A DNA stretch of 64,000 nt, taken from a bacterium (GTDB lineage: Bacteria > UBA8248). The DNA is taken from contig CBDBZU010000004.1 of the NCBI GenBank assembly GCA_965213625.1, forward strand, positions 2,848,001 through 2,912,000. Direction: 5' to 3'. This document shows positions 22,554-32,882 of the stretch, in pieces. Under the pieces are notes generated by a model. The model was not told where the DNA came from. It did no database searches and saw only the letters and a program-made list of their open reading frames with translations. Position numbers and translations under genes: made by a program. The stretch's first letter is position 1. Each line of letters opens with the position of its first letter.

Positions 22554-23867
22554 GTGGCCAGAAATTCGTTCTCTACTCTGCTTAGAAGAGAAAAGACAAA
22601 ACGGCTGCTGAGGAATTCATTTCTCGTTCTCGTTTTTTTTCTTTTTTGCTGGGTGCAAAGCGAAGGATTTGCGCTCGGCGCAAGGAATCCAGTCGCGAGA
22701 ATTCTTGGAGTTCGAGAGTTTTCCACCCCGGATTATGCGCGAATCGTCTTTATATTGAACCGCGAAGCATTTGATTTTAAATCAGGCGTCTTGAGAAAGC
22801 CCTCTCGAATTTATATTGATCTCCCTCGCGGGCGAATCACTCAGGGCGTTCAAATTCCAAAATTCTCTCCGGGAAAAAGCATCGTATCTCGTCTCAGGTT
22901 TGGACAACCGAGAAAAAACCGTCTACGCCTCGTGATCGATATCGCGAAAAAGCATGATGCTAAATACCGAATTTTTACCCTCCCTAGTCCACAACGAATC
23001 GTGGTTGACGTATGGGCCAAAAGCACAAACATCACGAAACCATCCAACAGGGGAGGGCGCAAACGCCCAGAGCCCCAAAAATCCGGCCGCGCGCTCAAGG
23101 CGCCTCCACGTCGGAAGAAGCTGACCCGTCGTGAGATGAATATGGCTCAACGGTTTCGTCACGGCCTTGGCAGAATCGTCCTGGACCCCGGACATGGAGG
23201 TAAGGATCCCGGCGCGGTCGGTTTGTCCGGCCTGAGAGAAAAACGAGTCGCTCTCGACATCGCCCTGAGAACCAGACGGGTGCTGAGACGTGTCATGCCA
23301 GGAAACCGGGTCTATCTCACCAGAACTACGGACAGGTACATTTCCTTATCCAGGAGGACTTCTTTCGCTAATGAGAATGAGGCGGATATTTTCGTGTCCA
23401 TTCATGCGAACAGCGCGCGTTCGCGACGCATCCACGGAATCGAGACCTATCTTTTGAGCGAGGCCTCATCGGGCAGGGCGCTCAGATTGGCGGCCAGAGA
23501 AAGCGGGACGACGCTTGCGCGTATGACAGATTTACAAAAGATACTGAACGATTTGGGATTGAGGTCGAAAGTTGCGGAATCTCGGCAGTTGGCGCAGCGG
23601 GTTCAGCAAGCAATGCTCTCGCGTTTGAGGCCCGGATACCGCGCCATCCGCGACCTGGGCGTGAAGCGTGGGCCGTTTTATGTACTGCTCGGCGCCCGGA
23701 TGCCGAGCATTTTGGTCGAAGTCGCGTTTATCTCGAATCGAAAGGAAGCGCGACGGGTGCGCAGTCCCAAGTACCGCCAGGCGCTTGCGGAAGGTATCGC
23801 AAAAGGTATCATGAAGTTTGTGGGCATAGGCTCTAGTGCAGCCAAAAAGAAAGCCCGGAGGCGCTAA
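22554..23867 (+). CDS. N-acetylmuramoyl-L-alanine amidase (AMIN + Amidase_3, AmiC-like)
   Basis: LDPGHGGKDPGA, FVSIHANS, PSILVEVAFISN; AMIN-type RIVVD segments. Confidence 0.92.
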   Translation: MARNSFSTLLRREKTKRLLRNSFLVLVFFLFCWVQSEGFALGARNPVARILGVREFSTPDYARIVFILNREAFDFKSGVLRKPSRIYIDLPRGRITQGVQIPKFSPGKSIVSRLRFGQPRKNRLRLVIDIAKKHDAKYRIFTLPSPQRIVVDVWAKSTNITKPSNRGGRKRPEPQKSGRALKAPPRRKKLTRREMNMAQRFRHGLGRIVLDPGHGGKDPGAVGLSGLREKRVALDIALRTRRVLRRVMPGNRVYLTRTTDRYISLSRRTSFANENEADIFVSIHANSARSRRIHGIETYLLSEASSGRALRLAARESGTTLARMTDLQKILNDLGLRSKVAESRQLAQRVQQAMLSRLRPGYRAIRDLGVKRGPFYVLLGARMPSILVEVAFISNRKEARRVRSPKYRQALAEGIAKGIMKFVGIGSSAAKKKARRR

Positions 23868-23892
23868 AGACCATTTCATTTAGGAACACTCC

Positions 23893-25260
23893 ATGTCTTC
23901 TCCTGTCTTTGTGATCGTAGGGCGCCCGAATGTGGGAAAATCTACATTATTCAATCGTCTAATCGGTAGACGGGACGCCATTGTTCAGGCGGAACCGGGA
24001 GTAACCCGTGACAGACGCTACGGTGAGGGAAAATGGGAAGGCACCAAATTTCTCGCCGTCGATACAGGCGGCATTGCCGCATCTGAAGGCGACCCATTTT
24101 TGCCGAAAATTTATGAACAGACGGTAGCCGCAATTGAAGAAAGTGATGTGGTTTTATTTCTTGTCGATGGAATTGAGGGCTTACTTCCCGGGGACTACGA
24201 GGTTGCGCAAATGGTACGCATCTCACAGAAGCCGGTGCTGCTCATCTTGAATAAATCGGATTCCAAGCGCACCCGAGAAACGGAATGGGATTTTTACCAG
24301 CTAGGCCTTGGGGAAGTATGGCCCATTTCGGCGGAACATGGTTCAGGCGTGTTCGAGGTGATGGACGAGGCGATTCGTATCGTTTCGAGTAATTACGGAG
24401 CAGAGGAGGTCAAAGATGAAGATGAGCGTCGTATCGCCGTCGTAGGCCGCCCGAACGTGGGAAAATCCTCTTTCGTAAATCAAATTCTGGGAAGCGAACG
24501 GACCCTGGTGAGCCCTGTGCCAGGCACGACGCGAGACCCGGTGGATTCCCTGTGTATGCGAGAGGGCAAATCGTACCGCTTCGTGGATACGGCCGGCATC
24601 AGGAGAAGAGGGAAGATTGGCAATCGCCAGATTGAAGCGGTGAGCATGATTATGGCTTATCGCAGTATTGAGCGCGCCCAGATCGCATTGCTTCTCATCG
24701 ACGCGACAGAGGGTCCTACAACTATGGATGCGCAGATTGCACGTCACATCAAGGAATCGGGCCGGGCCTGTGCCATATTATTGAATAAGTGGGACCTCCT
24801 GGCGAAGGGGAGTAAGACGTTTGATGAGAAAGTACGTGAGATAAAAGACAAACTGGTACACGTAAATTTCGCGCCGGTTCTTTCGGTGTCCGCTCTAACA
24901 GGGCAGAGATGCGAGCGCGTTTTCGATGTCGTAGAAAAGATTCATGAATCTCACGGCAGGCGAGTATCCACCGGACAATTGAACCGAGCGATCACGGAAA
25001 TCGTTCATGCGCACCCACCGCCCACCGTTTCAGGAGGGCGGCGTCCTAAGGTGTTTTATTCCACCCAAAGCGGTGTTTTTCCGCCTCATGTCATACTCTT
25101 TGCGAGTCTCGCCAGCCAACTCCCTGTGGAGCAATATGGACGCTACGTGGAGAACAGGTTGAGGGAGCGTTTTGATTTCGAGGGTACACCGCTTCGGGTG
25201 AGTTTTCGCCAAAGAGGGACGAGCGCTCCGCATAGACGTGGTGGAAGAGCAAAAAGATAA
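23893..25260 (+). CDS. der: ribosome biogenesis GTPase Der
   Basis: Two GRPNVGKS P-loops, GVTRD/GTTRD, DTGG/DTAG, FEGTP. Confidence 0.97.
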   Translation: MSSPVFVIVGRPNVGKSTLFNRLIGRRDAIVQAEPGVTRDRRYGEGKWEGTKFLAVDTGGIAASEGDPFLPKIYEQTVAAIEESDVVLFLVDGIEGLLPGDYEVAQMVRISQKPVLLILNKSDSKRTRETEWDFYQLGLGEVWPISAEHGSGVFEVMDEAIRIVSSNYGAEEVKDEDERRIAVVGRPNVGKSSFVNQILGSERTLVSPVPGTTRDPVDSLCMREGKSYRFVDTAGIRRRGKIGNRQIEAVSMIMAYRSIERAQIALLLIDATEGPTTMDAQIARHIKESGRACAILLNKWDLLAKGSKTFDEKVREIKDKLVHVNFAPVLSVSALTGQRCERVFDVVEKIHESHGRRVSTGQLNRAITEIVHAHPPPTVSGGRRPKVFYSTQSGVFPPHVILFASLASQLPVEQYGRYVENRLRERFDFEGTPLRVSFRQRGTSAPHRRGGRAKR

Positions 25261-25349
25261 CTTCAAGGAATTTCGAGAGTTTGAGGTGAAAGCACACCTT
25301 CATAGTTCATGCCTAGCTTTAATGATACCCTGCAAGTAATTCAATCTGA

Positions 25350-25378
25350 TTGACAAAGCGAACCTTGGATGGCAGGAT
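25350..25378 (+). promoter_or_regulatory. putative sigma70 promoter for EF-G paralog
   Basis: TTGACA, 17-bp spacer, extended -10 TGgCAGGAT. Confidence 0.45.
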
Positions 25379-25476
25379 TTGCTAAATGATGGATTTACGC
25401 TTATCACCGAGTCTGGCGCGAGGACCGTTCCATACGTCACGTTGCCAAAGGGCTGATATCAGAGGAGTTGAGGTAG

Positions 25477-27564
25477 ATGGCGGCACATGAAACTGAAAAT
25501 ATTCGGAACGTTGCTTTTGTGGGAGAGGGAGGAAACGGAAAAACTTCTCTTATTGAAGCCTGCCTATTCACCTCGGGAAGCACCGACAGGCAAGGGAAAG
25601 TCGATGCGGGAAATACGATACTCGACTCCGAACCCGAAGAAGTGAAGAGAAACTCTTCCATTCTGGGCGCAGTGGCCTACGCAAATTGGAACAGGTATCG
25701 CCTCAATCTTCTCGATACGCCGGGGTATTCGAATTTCATATCAGATACCGTTGCGGCCATTCATGCATGTGACAACGCCGTCGTCGTTCTGAATGCTCAC
25801 TCTGAGCCGAAAGTGATTACCGAAAAAGTGTTGGGTTGGGCCGAAGAAGAAGGCCTATGCACATTCATATATCTGAACCAGATGGATCATGAACAAGCTG
25901 ATTTAAGCCGCGCGATGGAATATGCGGAGAAGACGATTAACAAACGTCTCGTAGTGTTGCAATTGCCCATGAATCCCGGAGCCGGTTTCGATGGTGTCGT
26001 CGATCTCATTTCGGGGAAAGCTTACACCTACGAGGTCGAGGGGAATGGGAAAGGGGCGGAGAGTGACGTTCCGGCGGAGCTTGCCGATGCCTATGAAGAG
26101 TACCGCGGGCAGCTTATCGAGTTTGCGGCGGAGGCGAACGAGGAAGTTCTCGAGAAATATCTGGAGGGAGAAGAACTCTCGCCGGATGAGATTATACAGG
26201 GTTTACGCCAGGGGATTCAGGAAGGCGCCTTCATGCCGGTTTTATGCGGGTGTGGTTTGAAAAACGTAGGGACGGACCTTTTTCTCCAAGCGATCGAGCA
26301 GTTCGGCGCCTCGCCATTGGCGCATGAATTCAAGGCGAAAAACACGAACGGCGAAGAGGTGAGCATCAAGGCGGATTCAGGCGAGCCTTTCCGCGCCCTG
26401 GTATTCAAGACGGTTGTCGACGCTTTCGCCGGCAAATTGAATTATTTCCGCGTGATCTCGGGTGAAGTTTCTTCCGATACCGGTGTTCTCAACACCACGC
26501 AATCCGAGAAAGAGAGAATCGGTTCTTTGTTATTTATTCAGGGCAAAACCCAGTCTCCCGTCTCCGACAGACTTGTGCCGGGAGATATCGCTGCGCTCGC
26601 CAAGCTCAAAACCACGAGAACGGGGGATACGCTTTGCGACGAGGCCGGCGCCGTTGAGTTCGAGCCGATCAAATTTCCGTCACCCGTCATCTCCTACGCA
26701 TTGGCGCCCAAGAGCAAGGGTGATGAGGAGAAGCTCAGCACGGCCCTCGCGCGTTTGCGCGATGAGGACCCTGCACTCACGGTGAGCCGTGATTCTCAGA
26801 CAAAAGAGATGCTTCTTTCTGGTCTGGGCGTATTGCACATCGAGGTGATAGTCGAGCGTATCAAGCGCAAGTACGGCGTGGAAGTAGAGATGAAGACTCC
26901 GCGCGTGCCCTACAAGGAAACGATTAAGGGTAGAACCAAAGTGCAGGGCCGCTACAAGAAACAAACCGGTGGCCGTGGACAGTTTGGCGACACCTGGCTT
27001 GAGATTGAGCCGCTACAGCGCGGGGGCGGGTTCGAGTTCGTGGACAAGATTGTGGGTGGAGCGATTCCTAAAACATTCATCCCGGCCGTGGAGAAGGGGA
27101 TCGTAGAGGCAATGGACTCTGGAACCCTGGCGGGCTATCCCGTGACGGATCTGAAAATTACGCTTTATGACGGCAGTTTTCACAACGTCGACAGCTCTGA
27201 AATGGCGTTCAAAATTGCCGGCTCTCTCGGGTTCAAAAAAGGTGTTCAGGAGTGTAGGCCTACTCTTCTCGAGCCGATTATGAATATGCAAATCGTCGTT
27301 CCGGAAGAGTATATGGGCGACATCATCGGTGACATGAATTCGCGCAGGGGCAGGGTTCTTGGCATGGACCCCAGTGTCGGCGACAAACAGGTCATCAAGT
27401 CTCAGGTTCCCATGGCGGAGGTGTTGAACTATGCGCCGGCGCTGCGATCGCTGACAGCGGATCGGGGAGATTTCTCCATGGAGTTTTCTCATTACGAGGA
27501 AGTGCCGGGACAGATTACTGAAAAAGTCATTTCTGAAGCGGCTGTCGCCCGCGAGAGCGAATAA
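25477..27564 (+). CDS. elongation factor G paralog (EF-G-like)
   Basis: GEGGNGKTS, DTPGY, NQMD, KKQTGGRGQFG, DGSFHNVDSSEMAF; outside the str operon. Confidence 0.92.
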   Translation: MAAHETENIRNVAFVGEGGNGKTSLIEACLFTSGSTDRQGKVDAGNTILDSEPEEVKRNSSILGAVAYANWNRYRLNLLDTPGYSNFISDTVAAIHACDNAVVVLNAHSEPKVITEKVLGWAEEEGLCTFIYLNQMDHEQADLSRAMEYAEKTINKRLVVLQLPMNPGAGFDGVVDLISGKAYTYEVEGNGKGAESDVPAELADAYEEYRGQLIEFAAEANEEVLEKYLEGEELSPDEIIQGLRQGIQEGAFMPVLCGCGLKNVGTDLFLQAIEQFGASPLAHEFKAKNTNGEEVSIKADSGEPFRALVFKTVVDAFAGKLNYFRVISGEVSSDTGVLNTTQSEKERIGSLLFIQGKTQSPVSDRLVPGDIAALAKLKTTRTGDTLCDEAGAVEFEPIKFPSPVISYALAPKSKGDEEKLSTALARLRDEDPALTVSRDSQTKEMLLSGLGVLHIEVIVERIKRKYGVEVEMKTPRVPYKETIKGRTKVQGRYKKQTGGRGQFGDTWLEIEPLQRGGGFEFVDKIVGGAIPKTFIPAVEKGIVEAMDSGTLAGYPVTDLKITLYDGSFHNVDSSEMAFKIAGSLGFKKGVQECRPTLLEPIMNMQIVVPEEYMGDIIGDMNSRRGRVLGMDPSVGDKQVIKSQVPMAEVLNYAPALRSLTADRGDFSMEFSHYEEVPGQITEKVISEAAVARESE

Positions 27565-27589
27565 TTTTCGCATTTAGAGGGTTCCTATC

Positions 27590-28840
27590 ATGGAGAGAAA
27601 AGGCGTGAATCTTCTCGAAGGCGATGATGATGAGGATAGGGAAGACGAACCAGAGAGAGATTCCGGCGACGACGGAGGAAGTTATGAACGCCGTAGAGGC
27701 GGCTTCGTCGATGTCTTGATGGTCATCCTGTTCGTATGCGTCATGCTGGGAGGCGTGGCGTGGGCGGGTTATCAATTCTGGTGGCTTCCTAAAATGAAAA
27801 AATCGGCGCAACTCAAAAGAGACCGCATAAAGCAAGAACAACAAAGAAAAATGCGATTAGCGAAAATGAGTGGCGCACCTGAACGCGCGCAACAGGCTCC
27901 CAGCGCTTCCGCGAATTTTGGACAAACCAAGAGAGCGCAGGAACAAAACAGAAACTTCGGCGCAACGGCTCGAACCATGAGACCTGAGCGTCCAGCACTA
28001 TCGAATCCAGCCGAGAAACCAGCTTCCCCCGCTGCTCCGATGACGAGGCGAAATCCCGACGCCCCAAGCTCGACCGAGAATACACCGTCCGCCTCCGCGG
28101 CGGTCATGAAAAAAACCACACTCCCTGTGCAAGCTGGGAAAGCGCCACTCGCCGCAGCTCCGGTGGTGGGAAAAACCGCTCCTCCGCTCAGGACGAAGGA
28201 GATGCAGGGGCGTACAATGACGTCGCCGGCGCAAATGCCCGAGAAGAAAGTCCCGCCAAAGAAGGCAGAACCCAGAAAGCAAATTGCCAGGAAAAAGCCG
28301 ACGACGAAAGTTCGGGGAGACGGGAGGAGCGCCCGCAAGCCGACTCGTGGGTTTTACTATAGCGTCCAGGTGGCTTCTTGCAGAACCGAACGCTGTGCGT
28401 CCTCGTTTTCAGAACGTTTGAAAAGCAAGGGATTTTCCGCTTTCAGAGTGACAAGCACAAGCCGTGCGAGGAGACGCAGCGCTCAATTCACAGAGGTGCG
28501 CCTCGGTTCGTTTGCGAGCCTTGATGAGGCTCGGGTACTTGCGAGCAAAGCGAGAAAAAACAAAATCGGAGCCAGGATGTATCGCTCCAAGAGTCGATGG
28601 ATAGTGGCTGCGGGAAGTTTTAAAAACTTAGAAGATGCGGCTCTTCTTCTGGATCGCGTCGAGGATTCCGGTTTTCGTGGCGAGCTTGCTTCCCGGCTTC
28701 GAAGCAGTGGGAGAGGGCGGCTTTACACAATCCGAACCGGGAAGTTCGCGAGCCTTCGTGATGCGATGGCATTCAGGAAAAAAATCCGCTCGGCAGGATT
28801 TTCCGATGCCATCGTAGTGCGCCGAAGGTTGAAAAAATAG
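27590..28840 (+). CDS. SPOR-domain membrane-anchored cell-division protein
   Basis: Acidic N-terminus, TM helix, long Pro/Ala/Lys linker, YYSVQVAS and repeated GSF/GKF SPOR-like motifs. Confidence 0.78.
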   Translation: MERKGVNLLEGDDDEDREDEPERDSGDDGGSYERRRGGFVDVLMVILFVCVMLGGVAWAGYQFWWLPKMKKSAQLKRDRIKQEQQRKMRLAKMSGAPERAQQAPSASANFGQTKRAQEQNRNFGATARTMRPERPALSNPAEKPASPAAPMTRRNPDAPSSTENTPSASAAVMKKTTLPVQAGKAPLAAAPVVGKTAPPLRTKEMQGRTMTSPAQMPEKKVPPKKAEPRKQIARKKPTTKVRGDGRSARKPTRGFYYSVQVASCRTERCASSFSERLKSKGFSAFRVTSTSRARRRSAQFTEVRLGSFASLDEARVLASKARKNKIGARMYRSKSRWIVAAGSFKNLEDAALLLDRVEDSGFRGELASRLRSSGRGRLYTIRTGKFASLRDAMAFRKKIRSAGFSDAIVVRRRLKK

Positions 28841-28850
28841 GGAGTCGATC

Positions 28851-29273
28851 ATGGCCCAGACTGCCCAAAACCAGCACATACCCGACAAATTATTCTTCAA
28901 GATCGGTGAAGTAGCCGAATTGACCGGTACGAAGCCCCATGTATTGCGCTACTGGGAGAGTGAGTTTCGAATGCTCCGGCCGGCGAAAGGCGACTCCGGA
29001 CAACGGATATATCGCCGCAAGGACGTAGAACTCGTTTTTTCGATCAAGCAGTTGTTGTATGAAGAGAACTTCACCATAGCTGGAGCCAAGAAACAACTTC
29101 AAAAACAAAGAGCAGCGAGAGCTGAGGCTAACAAGGAGAAAAAGCTTACCGAAGCCAAACCGGAAGTTGCTCCCCTGTTGCCGTTTGAAAGCTCAAGCCA
29201 GGAAAACATCGATATGGCGTGGGTTCGCAAAGAACTCAGGGAAATACTCGGAATCCTCAACAGAGGCCGTTGA
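28851..29273 (+). CDS. MerR-family transcriptional regulator
   Basis: [39 protein letters not shown]. Confidence 0.93.
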   Translation: MAQTAQNQHIPDKLFFKIGEVAELTGTKPHVLRYWESEFRMLRPAKGDSGQRIYRRKDVELVFSIKQLLYEENFTIAGAKKQLQKQRAARAEANKEKKLTEAKPEVAPLLPFESSSQENIDMAWVRKELREILGILNRGR

Positions 29274-29495
29274 AAGTCGACGTGGATTGTATTGTTAACT
29301 CCAAAGATGCACGCATATGGGGAGCGATTGACGGATTACTCCATTCCACTTATCGTGCCGCACCCGCTCACTCCCAATGACGTATACCGAACAAGAGGCT
29401 TTGTATCTGAATCGTTGAAAAGAGAATGGTTGATAAATTTCGAATGAAGCCATTGGCGACGAATCGGATCTTCAATACTAAAGGATCATGCTGAG

Positions 29496-30161
29496 ATGGC
29501 CAGGACTTTCAGAAAGGAAATTCGGCAGCCTGACGCGTTGCAAACCCAAGGAAGAAAAGTTGTTCTCTGGTTCATCGAGAACCAAAAGATTCTTTACATG
29601 GGTCTGGGCGCTGTAATTTTGGTGGCGGCTATTTTTGTTGGTTACCGCATGTGGGATGAGCGTGCGAGAGAAAAAGCGTCTTTGGCATATGCTTTGGCTA
29701 AAATCGCTTCTCCGGTTGGTGAGGCGGCGGAAACCGCGTTCCAGAAGGTGGCCGACGATTACCCGCGCTCACGCCCGGGCCTGCTGGCGCGACTACAACT
29801 CGCAGCATTATTGCGCGACAGAAAGCAATATCAAGGAGCACGGGCGCAGTACGAGCTTGTAGCGAAGAGCAGCATTTCTTCAGAGACCGACCAGGAGTTG
29901 GCGAAGCGCGGAATCGCCTCGGTTTTGATGCAGGAGGGAAATTGTGCAGAGGCAATCCAGACCTGGGAGTCGATTCTCGGCAAAGGGAGTCTTTTCACGT
30001 CCGAAGATCTGTATATCTCCATTGCCGATTGTCAGGAAAAGCTCGGCCAGAAGGAGGATGCGCGCAAGACTTATGAGGAACTAAGCAAAAAACATCCAGA
30101 GAGCCCATTCTTGACCGAGCAAATCCGTGCGAAGCTGGGCAGCGAAAAAGCCGCCAAATAG
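29496..30161 (+). CDS. tetratricopeptide-repeat membrane protein (YfgM-like)
   Basis: RKEIRQPD N-terminus, one TM helix, TPR helices, DYPRS/KHPES turns. Confidence 0.78.
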   Translation: MARTFRKEIRQPDALQTQGRKVVLWFIENQKILYMGLGAVILVAAIFVGYRMWDERAREKASLAYALAKIASPVGEAAETAFQKVADDYPRSRPGLLARLQLAALLRDRKQYQGARAQYELVAKSSISSETDQELAKRGIASVLMQEGNCAEAIQTWESILGKGSLFTSEDLYISIADCQEKLGQKEDARKTYEELSKKHPESPFLTEQIRAKLGSEKAAK

Positions 30162-30191
30162 CGGGAATCCCGGCAATTCGCCGCGCAAGAT

Positions 30192-30219
30192 AAGTACGAT
30201 AAGATATGTTATGTAAAAT
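30192..30219 (+). other. dif site (XerCD chromosome-dimer resolution)
   Basis: AAGTACGATAA-GATATG-TTATGTAAAAT has the 11-6-11 layout; E. coli dif is GGTGCGCATAA-TGTATA-TTATGTTAAAT; intergenic; KOPS polarity flips here. Confidence 0.85.
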
Positions 30220-30278
30220 TATATGGCTGTCTCTTTTCCCACCTTTTTCTTGAACTCCCCTGCATGATAGGCTGAGTC

Positions 30279-31502
30279 ATGACGACTCATATCAAGGAAA
30301 AACTTCGTGCCGTTCGCGGGAACCCCGTGGATGAAGGCGCTCTTCGCCAGATAGAGTGCTGCCTTGGCGATAATGAGGCGTATGCAGGCGCTCTGTGCGC
30401 CGATCATCATCTGGGCTACTCCATGCCCATCGGCGGCATCATCGCCTATGAGAACGCCGTATCTCCAAGCGGCGTGGGCTATGACATCGCATGCGGAAAC
30501 AAAGCCATAAAAACGAATCTGAAAGCCTCCGACGTGCGCCCTGAGCTCTCCGGCATCATGGACGAGATATTTCGGAACCTGGAATTCGGCATGGGCAGAA
30601 AAAACCCTGAACCCATCGACGATGCGCTTTTCGATGACCCGGCATGGAAAATGCTGCCAGAATTTGAAGATTTGAAGCCTTTGGCGCGCTCGCAGTTGGG
30701 CACGATTGGCGCGGGCAACCACTATGTCGATTTATTCGTTGAAGAAAAGGACGACGCGCTTTGGGTCGGGATTCATTTCGGCTCCAGGGGATTTGGCCAC
30801 AAGACATGCACCGGATTTCTGAATCTGGCGAAAAACCGGAGATTCCGTGACTCCCCTGCCCGTGAGCAGATGCACGCCCGGGCGACCGTGCTCTCACTCG
30901 CCTCTCCACTGGGGGGCGACTATTTCGCCGCCATGAAGCTTGCGGGCCGTTACGCCTATGCCGGAAGGGATTATGTCGGGGGCCGAGTGCTCGATATCCT
31001 GGGAGCCGACTCAGAATGGGAAGTGCACAACCACCATAATTTCGCCTGGGAAGAAGAGCACGAAAGCAAGCGATATATCGTGGTTCGCAAAGGCGCTACG
31101 CCGGCCTGGCCGGGCCAGAAATGCTTTATCGGCGGGAGCATGGGCGATATTTCCGTCATCGCAGAAGGCGTGGAGACTCCGGGGTCGAAATCTCTCCTCT
31201 ACTCCACGATTCATGGCGCGGGCCGGGTGATGAGCAGAACGAAGGCGGCCGGGAAGAAAAGGTGGCGCAAGGGGCGCCTGATTCGCAAGGGCGGCGCGAT
31301 CTCGCGAGAGAAAATGAATGAATGGGTCACGGATATTGGCGTCGTGCTTCGTGGAGCGGATACGGATGAAGCCCCGCAGGCCTACAAGCGGCTTACCGAA
31401 GTATTGGGACTCCACAAGGATGCGCTTCGCATTTTGCACGTGCTCAGGCCCATCGGGGTGGCCATGGCGAGACCCGAAGTGCGCGATGCATTCAGGGATT
31501 AG
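30279..31502 (+). CDS. rtcB: RtcB-family RNA ligase
   Basis: DHHLGYSMPIGG, GYDIACG, LGTIGAGNHY, HFGSRG, HHNF, RKGAT, HGAGR, DEAPQAYK. Confidence 0.93.
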   Translation: MTTHIKEKLRAVRGNPVDEGALRQIECCLGDNEAYAGALCADHHLGYSMPIGGIIAYENAVSPSGVGYDIACGNKAIKTNLKASDVRPELSGIMDEIFRNLEFGMGRKNPEPIDDALFDDPAWKMLPEFEDLKPLARSQLGTIGAGNHYVDLFVEEKDDALWVGIHFGSRGFGHKTCTGFLNLAKNRRFRDSPAREQMHARATVLSLASPLGGDYFAAMKLAGRYAYAGRDYVGGRVLDILGADSEWEVHNHHNFAWEEEHESKRYIVVRKGATPAWPGQKCFIGGSMGDISVIAEGVETPGSKSLLYSTIHGAGRVMSRTKAAGKKRWRKGRLIRKGGAISREKMNEWVTDIGVVLRGADTDEAPQAYKRLTEVLGLHKDALRILHVLRPIGVAMARPEVRDAFRD

Positions 31503-31687
31503 TACGGGTTTATATACCTTATGTAATTTATTCGATACGTCATGGTAAGTACCTGTAAGTACTTTTAAAAATATCTATATATTATATAATTTAAATCTTG
31601 AAGGATTCGCTGCTTATTGATTGCCGAAATCATTTTCACTGAAAGCCCGGTCCGCGCGAATGACAAGACCACAGATGAAAATCCTGG

Positions 31688-32713
31688 CTATCGTCCCGAA
31701 ATAACCGGATCGGTATGGCCTGTAACGTCGAGTTCGAACCCAGCGTCACGAATCATGCGGTGCGCCGCGGTCGACTCCTGGCCGGGAGTGGTGAGGTAGC
31801 CGTCTACGAAAATAGAGTTGGCGGGATAAAGGGCCAGAGGCTGCAATTCCCGCAGTTGTACTTCCCTTCCCCCGGCGACGCGGATTTCAGAGCGCGGGTT
31901 GTAGAAGCGCATCAGGCACAGCAGCTTGAGGCAGGTCAGCGGCCCGAGCAAAGGCCTTCCCTCGAGCGGTGTACCGCCGATTGAATTGAGAAAGTTGACC
32001 GGTATGGATTCAGGTGCGAGCGCGTTCAGCGCCTCACAAACGTCGATGACGTCGTCTGCGCTCTCCCCTTGCCCGAAAATGACACCCGAGCAGAGTTCCA
32101 TTCCAGCCCCGCGCGCCGCGCCCAGTGTGTCCATGCGGTCGTCATAGGTGTGGGTGGAGCAGATTTCGGGATAATAGCGCGCGCTCGTATTGAGGTTGTG
32201 GTTGAAGCGATCGACGCCCGCCTCGCCCAGCCTGGCGGCCTGGGAGGCTTCCAGTAAGCCGAGAGAACAGCAAATGGAGAGGTCATGGCGCGATTTGATT
32301 TCGGAGACGGCGCGGCAAAGCTTATCGATTTCCGTATCCGACGGCCCCCGTGCGCTGATGACGATGCAGTAGCGTCTCGACCCGGCCGCTTCGGCCTTTG
32401 CTGCACCCTCGAAGAGTTGCTCCTCATCCACCAGATCGTATCTGTCGACTTGAGCGCTTGAGACGGCGGATTGAGAGCAATACCCACAATCCTCAGGACA
32501 GATGCCGCTCTTAGCGTTGATGAGGTAGTGAATCTGCACTTTCTTTCCGAAAAAGTGGCGACGGACTGAAAAAGCGGCGTCCAGAAGCTGAAGAATTTCA
32601 TCATCGGGCGCATTGATGACGGAGAGCGCCTCTTCTCGTCCGGGTCGTTCATCTTTCAAGGCGCGTTGCGCCAGTTCATGGTAGCTCAAAGCATATTTCC
32701 TTCTCTCGGGCAT
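31688..32713 (-). CDS. bioB: biotin synthase
   Basis: CPEDCGYCSQS radical-SAM motif, NHNLNTS, PVNFL, GGRE, ANSIFVDGYLTT. Confidence 0.96.
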   Translation of the reverse strand: MPERRKYALSYHELAQRALKDERPGREEALSVINAPDDEILQLLDAAFSVRRHFFGKKVQIHYLINAKSGICPEDCGYCSQSAVSSAQVDRYDLVDEEQLFEGAAKAEAAGSRRYCIVISARGPSDTEIDKLCRAVSEIKSRHDLSICCSLGLLEASQAARLGEAGVDRFNHNLNTSARYYPEICSTHTYDDRMDTLGAARGAGMELCSGVIFGQGESADDVIDVCEALNALAPESIPVNFLNSIGGTPLEGRPLLGPLTCLKLLCLMRFYNPRSEIRVAGGREVQLRELQPLALYPANSIFVDGYLTTPGQESTAAHRMIRDAGFELDVTGHTDPVISGR

Positions 32714-32882
32714 CTGCCGGAAACTTTACGCGCCGCTCTGAAATTTGGCAAACGTATGTGATGAGGAGAGCGCAAAGCAGTGGTTCTTCCCTTGTCTCCA
32801 TAACAGGTCTGGCATATTATGAACACGTTCATCGAACTTAAAGTAATTTATAAAATAAAGGCATAATTCTTATTTATTATCA

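Noticed and set aside
32855-32882. Further dif-like sequence (GGCATAA...TTTATTATC)
   Set aside because: No TTATG XerD core; most likely ordinary AT-rich divergent promoter DNA
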